Below are positions 58,252-64,000 of a stretch of 64,000 nt of DNA, piece by piece. The DNA lies in assembly GCA_965248265.1 (NCBI GenBank), contig CBDFJF010000002.1, positions 2,144,001 to 2,208,000 of the forward strand, written 5' to 3'. Made by a program: the position numbers and the translations under genes. The first letter of the stretch is position 1. Every line of letters begins with the position of its first letter. This stretch comes from Candidatus Latescibacterota bacterium. GTDB taxonomy: Bacteria; Latescibacterota; UBA2968; UBA8231. The notes beneath the pieces are model-generated. The model searched no databases and was not told the DNA's origin. It saw only the letters and a program-made list of their open reading frames with translations.

Positions 58252-60393
58252 TCAGTCACCCAGCTCGAGCTGCACGTGCTGGATGTGGTCGTAACCCGGA
58301 GGCGCGCGAACCGGCTGGCGCTGACCCACCACCTCAACCCGCCCTCCCTCAGAGCTGAACCCGTATTCCCCGGCCTCCGGTAACACGAACCAGCTCGCCC
58401 CAGTCCGGTCTGCCTGCACCCCGAAGGGAGTGATCCCCTGCCCCTCGCGCGGCTCGACGAAAACCTGGGCACCCGCCACCGGCTCACCTCCCCGTGTCAC
58501 GTGCACCATCACCTCTGGCACCCGCGTCTCAGCCAGCGGACCCACATCTCTGCCCGCAATCCGTCGATACAGCTCGCGCGACCACTCCCATGTCGCCGTT
58601 CGCCGCGACATCTGCTCTTCCGGATCACACCAGTTGATATACAACACCGCCTTCCCCCATGCCTCCTGCGTCCCCTCCCCAAAAGGATCGATGCGCGCAT
58701 TCAGGCCCGACTGCGATGGCCAACTGATCTTCGGATGGACCGGCGCCATGAGGTTGCCCGGGTTCGAGTCCGTGAAGCCCCGAGTATCCTGGTCGATGAA
58801 GTAGAATGTTTGCAGCCCGTGGATCTTGCGTTCCGGCATGCTCTCCAGGAAGTCCAGCCAATCCTCCCCCTCCTTCATGGGTGGCGCTTCGTCATACCCC
58901 CAGGTCTTCTGCTCGAAGATGCCCGCCTCGCCCACGCGGATCGGCTTGACTGGCATCTCCGGATTCGAGCGGATAAAGTCAATCGTCTCCTCGATGTGCT
59001 CCCTGTCGCTGAACAGCCGGTAGCTGTCGATGAGCTCAACCAGCTCAGGTGAGGCACTCGTGTGATCGTAGGTAACCTCCCTGATGCGGGTCGAATCCAG
59101 CCCCTTCGCCCGCCGCAGCAGCGGCACGGCGAATCTCGGTTCCCGCGAATCGGTCACGTCCCAGAACAGGATGCTCGGATGGTTGCGATCTCGCCTGATC
59201 CAGGTCTCGCAGATTGCCAGGTCGTTCTCGAGCACGATCTCGAGATCCTCCCCCTCCAGCTCCTCGTCCACCATGCCAGTGGCGACACAGAAGTTCGACG
59301 ACACCACGAACACACCCAGCTCGTCCGCTACCTCGTAGAGCACCGGCGGCGGGTCGTGGCGATGGTTTTCGACGATGCTGACATTGCCGTCGGCCAGGTC
59401 CACGAGTTTGCGCATCAACCACTGCCGCTCGTGCACGTAGGGCAGAGAGTGATCACCCCACGGCAAAAGCGGCTGCCCGTTGAGCAGCAGCTCCTCCCCC
59501 TCCGTCCACACCTCCCTGAAACCAAAGCGCTCGACGCGCGTGTGTGCCAGTACAGAATCACCCTCATTCCGCAGCGCCCCCTGCAGGAAATACAATACGG
59601 GGTCCCCGTACGGGGGGCGCCCCCAGAGCACGGGATCCGCCCACGGCACGGAGACCCGCACCACCTGTTCCGATCCCGGTTCGAGCCTGAGTTCCTGGGA
59701 GGGCAGCTCGAGCTCGACCCCTCCTTCCCGGGTCACCACCAGGTCCAACACCGCCGAGGTTGTCGCCGGTGTCTCATTGCGCACCGTTGCTTCGACTGTC
59801 AGTGCTTTTTCCCGCACCGATGTCACCACGTAGAGATCCTCGATGCGCAGCCGCTTCTCCAGTAGCAGCCACACATCCCCCTCGATCCCGATGGTGCTCG
59901 AACCCATCTTCCACGTGTACGTATCGAGACCCGTCGCGACCAGTTCGCTGACCTCGTCAAGCTCGGGATGGACATAAGAGCCCGCGGAGTTGTGCGTGTA
60001 AATCAGCAGCTCGTATTCGCCACCCGCCTCCACCACCCCACGTAGTTGTACCTGCCACGGCGTCCGCATGCCGTGATGCTCACCGACGATGCGGTCGTCC
60101 AGGTACACCCGGCCGTAATGTCTCACTCGCGTCAGGTCGAGCAGCGGATCACTGCCGCGAAGATCCCAGTGTTCGGGCACCTGCAGGATTGTCCGGTACC
60201 AGCCCGATGCCGGCGCCTCGGGTTCGAATTCTCTGGATCGGTGCGGCACCCGCACCCGCTGCCAATCATGGTCACGGGCCGGTGGCGACCCATCGGGCCC
60301 CTCCGTGAACTGCCACTCGCCGTTGAGCAGCAGACGGCTGCTTCCTGCGGGGTGCTCCAGTGACAATCGTGCCAAAGCCTCGCTCCTTTTCAT
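58252..60393 (-). CDS. GH2-like glycoside hydrolase (atypical catalytic site)
   Basis: LNGEWQF, GWYR, GIEGDVWL, RFGFREV, RDRNHPSILFW. Confidence 0.8.
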   Translation of the reverse strand: MKRSEALARLSLEHPAGSSRLLLNGEWQFTEGPDGSPPARDHDWQRVRVPHRSREFEPEAPASGWYRTILQVPEHWDLRGSDPLLDLTRVRHYGRVYLDDRIVGEHHGMRTPWQVQLRGVVEAGGEYELLIYTHNSAGSYVHPELDEVSELVATGLDTYTWKMGSSTIGIEGDVWLLLEKRLRIEDLYVVTSVREKALTVEATVRNETPATTSAVLDLVVTREGGVELELPSQELRLEPGSEQVVRVSVPWADPVLWGRPPYGDPVLYFLQGALRNEGDSVLAHTRVERFGFREVWTEGEELLLNGQPLLPWGDHSLPYVHERQWLMRKLVDLADGNVSIVENHRHDPPPVLYEVADELGVFVVSSNFCVATGMVDEELEGEDLEIVLENDLAICETWIRRDRNHPSILFWDVTDSREPRFAVPLLRRAKGLDSTRIREVTYDHTSASPELVELIDSYRLFSDREHIEETIDFIRSNPEMPVKPIRVGEAGIFEQKTWGYDEAPPMKEGEDWLDFLESMPERKIHGLQTFYFIDQDTRGFTDSNPGNLMAPVHPKISWPSQSGLNARIDPFGEGTQEAWGKAVLYINWCDPEEQMSRRTATWEWSRELYRRIAGRDVGPLAETRVPEVMVHVTRGGEPVAGAQVFVEPREGQGITPFGVQADRTGASWFVLPEAGEYGFSSEGGRVEVVGQRQPVRAPPGYDHIQHVQLELGD

Positions 60394-60651
60394 CGCGTCG
60401 GTTGGACTCAAGATAGAATCTTAGACTGATTGATTTTGCAGGGGTGGCAGCGCATCGCTGCTTTGCAGCATCAATTCTTGCGCTGTGCGGTTTGTCGGGA
60501 AGAATCCGGTAGTTCGAGCCTGCAGGTCGTGTCAGTTTCCCCGTTGCACCAACGAGACACTGTCGTGCACGAGGGCAGTACCGTACAGGAGCTCTGTACA
60601 CTGGAGCCCGCCTTCTCCATCGACAGGAGCGACGCAGGCTGTCCCCTCGAG

Positions 60652-61010
60652 AATAGGTCAAATAAGGAGTATTATCGTTAGTCTATTTCGGTGGTGTTGT
60701 GTTGTTGAGGGGTATTCGAGGTGGTCTGACGGCCGAACGAGCAGGTGTCGGTCCCGAACTGGCGGGTGTGAGGGTCGATTGGTTGAGCAGGGGCGGCCGA
60801 TTGGCCGATGTCGGTAAATGCAAGGGCGGATTCGGGCGCAGGGCTTGCTCAGCGGACGCCAACGCCCGACTATCACCGCCCCTGTATCACACGGCGAATT
60901 CGGATTGAGGTGAGGGTCGTGCCGCTGCGATCGATGGAGGGCGGGCCGGCAGCCCTACCCCTTCCAGGTAGCGCCGGATCAAGTGCGGCTCGGTCAGGGC
61001 GAGTGATTCT
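60652..61010 (-). mobile_element. IS91-family transposase C-terminal remnant with probable element end
   Basis: Minus frame ALTEPHLIRRYLEGVGLPARPPSIAAARPSPQSEFAV* (stop 60887-60889) matches recalled IS91-like C-termini; TTATTTGACCTAT resembles oriIS ends. Confidence 0.6.
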
Positions 61011-61135
61011 GCTTTCGGCTTCAAGTCGCAGAGGACATGCTGAGCGCAGGGATGTCACAAGCGCCGACTGGCCTTGAGAGGCCGTTGCGATGGCCTCTTC
61101 CCTTTCCGAAGATTCTGTCTATTATGGACGACACT

Positions 61136-61891
61136 ATGACAGAAGAAGAGAGATTCCTCTTCGACCTCGAGGGTTACCTGGTGGTGCCCGGTGTGCTCTC
61201 ATCGCAGGAAGTGACACAGCTGAACGAGCTCGCCGACGAAGCCTGGCCCGGAGAGCACGACGAAACAGGTTTGCGTCGCACGTCGAACGTGTCGCAGTGG
61301 GGACCCCGCTTCCGCGACCTCATCGACCATACCAACATCGTGCCGTATCTGATCGAGCTTCTGGGTCCCAAGTTCCGCATCGATCACGACTACTGCATGT
61401 TCATGCGCCGCGGAACCTCTCGCAGCCGCCTGCATGGAGGTCCCTCACCGCATAGCTACGAAGGCGACCACTGGTATCGCTTTCACCCCGACGGCACGAT
61501 CCGCAATGGTCTCACCGTCTTCACATACAATCTGAGCGACTGCGGTCCGGAGGATGGTGGCTTCGCCTGCGTACCAGGCAGCCACAAAACCAATCTGAGG
61601 TCGGGCATTCCGCAGGACGTGATCCGCTTCGAACGGGATGCTCACTATGTGCGGCAGCCTCCCGTCAAGGCGGGAGACGTCATCATCTTCACCGAAGCGT
61701 TGGTGCATGGCACGCTGGCCTGGGATGCCGACCACGAGCGCCGGGCTTTGCTGTACAAATACAGCCCCGGGCACTCATCCTGGAGCAGCACCTACTACGA
61801 TCCCGATGACTACCCGGGCGCCACGGAGCAGCAGATTCGCATCATGGCGGCGCCCTCAGTGGGGTCCCGGCCCGATTCAGTGCAGGTATGA
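61136..61891 (+). CDS. PhyH-like Fe(II)/2OG dioxygenase (LHGG subtype)
   Basis: MTEEERFLFDLEGYLVV, GGFACVPGSHK, AGDVIIFTEALVHGT, RRALLYKY; alternative start 61124. Confidence 0.85.
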   Translation: MTEEERFLFDLEGYLVVPGVLSSQEVTQLNELADEAWPGEHDETGLRRTSNVSQWGPRFRDLIDHTNIVPYLIELLGPKFRIDHDYCMFMRRGTSRSRLHGGPSPHSYEGDHWYRFHPDGTIRNGLTVFTYNLSDCGPEDGGFACVPGSHKTNLRSGIPQDVIRFERDAHYVRQPPVKAGDVIIFTEALVHGTLAWDADHERRALLYKYSPGHSSWSSTYYDPDDYPGATEQQIRIMAAPSVGSRPDSVQV

Positions 61892-62085
61892 ATGGTAAGA
61901 CGAACTGTGACAGCGGCGAAATGGGACGCTGCAGTTGTGCCGTCTGTGTCATCGTACGAAAACCATCCTCCCTCGCCGAATCCTGAGATGACGGGGATCT
62001 GCGATCCCGCGGGCGAGATTGGCTGCGAGCAGCCGTCAGCAGTGCTCGTCGCTGGCCCCACGGATTGGGGGTAGGCTGTGCGGGG

Positions 62086-63255
62086 TTACGATGGGGTCGT
62101 TGCCAGGCGGCCCAGTCTGGCGTCTTCGGCGGCCAGCCATTCGTAGTAGGGCCGCGGCAGAGGCTCAGGCAAGCCCAGACCGGCTTCCTCCCGCCACCGC
62201 AGCAATGGGTTGCGGCGATCCTCCTGTGGCAGATCCACGCGGCAGCCGTACGCCCCCGATTCGAAAATGGCCATCAGGATCTCGATCACGTGCCGGGCCT
62301 CTTTGCCGCTGCACTCGTGCTCGCGATTCTGGTCCAGGGCCTGTACGTATTCGTCGGCAAAACAGTAGTCGGCTTCATCGGCTGCGCCGTCAGGGTCGTA
62401 TGTTTGCGCTGAGATCGGTTCGAGCGCCTGCCATTGACCGTCGCCTGTTGGTACGTCGTGCGGGACCGGAAGGTAATACGCGGCTCCGCTCTTCCAGAAC
62501 AACCTGCCTTCCGTGCCGTAGATCTCCAGACAGTAACCTGTGGAATCCACTTTGGGGAAACGGTGCTGTAGCAGCGTTCCGGTGACGTTCCCCTCGAACT
62601 CCAGTGACGCAGTCGCACGCTCTCCCGCCACGTACCCCATGCCGCTGGCGGCTGGAACCACGTCGTTCGGAGTGATACGGCGTCCGTCTGTGAGCACCGT
62701 CGACGAGACGCTGCGACAATGGCCGGCGACTCCGATAATGTTGTTGAGCATGTGGGTTCCGATGTTCCTCAGTCCGTAACCGGCGTAGTACCCCTTACCG
62801 CTACCGAGGAGATACCTGAGCTCGCCGATGCGCCCTTCATGTAGCGCTCGCTGCACGGCTCTGAAATGCCCGCCTGTCCTGCCCTGGTGATGGACGGCGA
62901 TTCGCACCCCTTGCGACTGCGCCCGTGCCAGTAGCTTGTCAGATTGCTCCAGATCGACGCACATCGGCTTTTCGACGTCGATGTGCACTTTGTGTTCGAG
63001 TACGCCCATGGCCAACTCGTAGTGAAACTCGGTCCCTGTCGGGATGGCGACGATGTCCGGCTTTGTCTGCTCGATCATCTCGTGGTAGTCGTTAAACCGC
63101 GCAGGTACACCGAATTCTTCCCCCATCGCATCGAGTCGTTCCTGGACCAGATCACAAAGGCCGACCAGCTCGGTGCGGAGGTGCTGATCGTATCCTCTGG
63201 CGGCAGCTGTCCCCCGTCCTCGACAACCCAGAATAGCCACACGATACATCTTCAC
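62086..63255 (-). CDS. Gfo/Idh/MocA family oxidoreductase
   Basis: YRVAILGC.GRG, KPDIVAI, VEKPM, GRIGEL, GTHM, EIYGTEG. Confidence 0.92.
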   Translation of the reverse strand: MKMYRVAILGCRGRGTAAARGYDQHLRTELVGLCDLVQERLDAMGEEFGVPARFNDYHEMIEQTKPDIVAIPTGTEFHYELAMGVLEHKVHIDVEKPMCVDLEQSDKLLARAQSQGVRIAVHHQGRTGGHFRAVQRALHEGRIGELRYLLGSGKGYYAGYGLRNIGTHMLNNIIGVAGHCRSVSSTVLTDGRRITPNDVVPAASGMGYVAGERATASLEFEGNVTGTLLQHRFPKVDSTGYCLEIYGTEGRLFWKSGAAYYLPVPHDVPTGDGQWQALEPISAQTYDPDGAADEADYCFADEYVQALDQNREHECSGKEARHVIEILMAIFESGAYGCRVDLPQEDRRNPLLRWREEAGLGLPEPLPRPYYEWLAAEDARLGRLATTPS

Positions 63256-63335
63256 TTATCAACTCCTTTGTTCGCATCAGTAGAATAGTCGTCAACGAAG
63301 AGCTCGAGTCTGGATTCGATGTTTAGTGGTTGCAT
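63252..63335 (-). pseudogene. 5' stub of a paralog of the divergent 63478 gene
   Basis: MQPLNIESRLELFVDDY versus SLDIDSRLQLFVDDY; homology ends after 17 codons. Confidence 0.7.
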
Positions 63336-63477
63336 TCGTCTTAGGGCTAAATGGTGGCGACAGAGGAAATCGTCGAGGAGACCGACAAGTATTACGACTG
63401 GCGCGGGCGGGGGATCTTGTGCAAGGACGTAATCAGCCCTATTCCTGTGGAATGCTGACGTGCGCCAGAACCCCATA

Positions 63478-64000
63478 ATGGCCCTTGCTGTGGCAGCGGA
63501 GAACGTCTTGGCAGAGCAGGCCAGCCGCGAGGGTTCCCTGGACATCGACTCCCGATTGCAGCTGTTCGTCGATGACTACCTGGTAGACGAGCTGCACGGG
63601 ACTCGACTCGTCCTCCACCACCCTCGTCCGGCAGGGGTGGCCCTGAGATTCGATCGGCCCTGGGAGGGTGCCTTCTGTGCCTACGTGACCGTGCTCCACG
63701 TCGGCGACATCTACCGCATGTACTACCGGGGACAGCCCAACGCCATGCCGGACGGAAGCTTTGGCGAGGTGACCTGTTACGCCGAGAGCCGTGACGGGAT
63801 CCACTGGGAGAAGCCCGATCTGGGGCTGTTCGAGGTCGCAGGGACGCGGAAAAACAACGTCGTTCTGGGCTCCGAGTATGCGCCCGTGCCCACAACTTCA
63901 TCGCGTTCGTGGACACTCGGCCCGGGATTCCTTCCTCCCAGAGATACAAGGGCCTGGGGGGCATGTTCCCCATATCCGAGGAGCAGCGCTTCAGCAACGG
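63478..64000 (+). CDS. Five-bladed beta-propeller glycosidase-like protein (partial, frameshift near 63889)
   Basis: Manual translation: SRLQLFVDDY...FDRPWEG...YRMYYRG...TCYAESRDGIHWEKPDLG...NNVVL; HNFIAFVDTRPG..RYKGLGG continues in another frame. Confidence 0.75.
   Translation, partial: MALAVAAENVLAEQASREGSLDIDSRLQLFVDDYLVDELHGTRLVLHHPRPAGVALRFDRPWEGAFCAYVTVLHVGDIYRMYYRGQPNAMPDGSFGEVTCYAESRDGIHWEKPDLGLFEVAGTRKNNVVLGSEYAPVPTTSSRSWTLGPGFLPPRDTRAWGACSPYPRSSASAT

Noticed and set aside
60820-61105. Chain of hairpins as a riboswitch or ncRNA upstream of PhyH
   Set aside because: No Rfam-like consensus that I recognise; much of it is explained by the IS91 remnant and high GC

Overview
GC-rich bacterial DNA. 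The gene content (CRTAC1/ASPIC-UnbV, DUF6785-type membrane proteins, FlgD-Ig proteins, several PhyH enzymes) suggests a diderm such as Ca. Latescibacterota or a relative; this taxonomy is inference. The left 45 kb is dominated by recurring paralogous envelope families: four exported proteins of an unnamed family (three complete at ~930-995 aa, one cut by the left edge and absent from the ORF track) with beta-barrel-like ends and an invariant acidic motif; three secreted discoidin-like proteins with a TPNxDxxND/FlgD-Ig C-terminal domain; three DUF6785/6784 polytopic membrane proteins (two frameshifted); two degenerate double-parvulin chaperones; three CRTAC1 proteins; two TPR proteins; and one protein with a TAVExxSWxxIK tail. 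Together they look like an undescribed outer-membrane secretion/display or uptake system. The rest is catabolic: mostly signal-less glycoside hydrolases, PhyH dioxygenases, oxidoreductases and peptidases. Intergenic regions hold several gene stubs (deletion scars) and an IS91-like remnant. No rRNA, tRNA or CRISPR array was seen.
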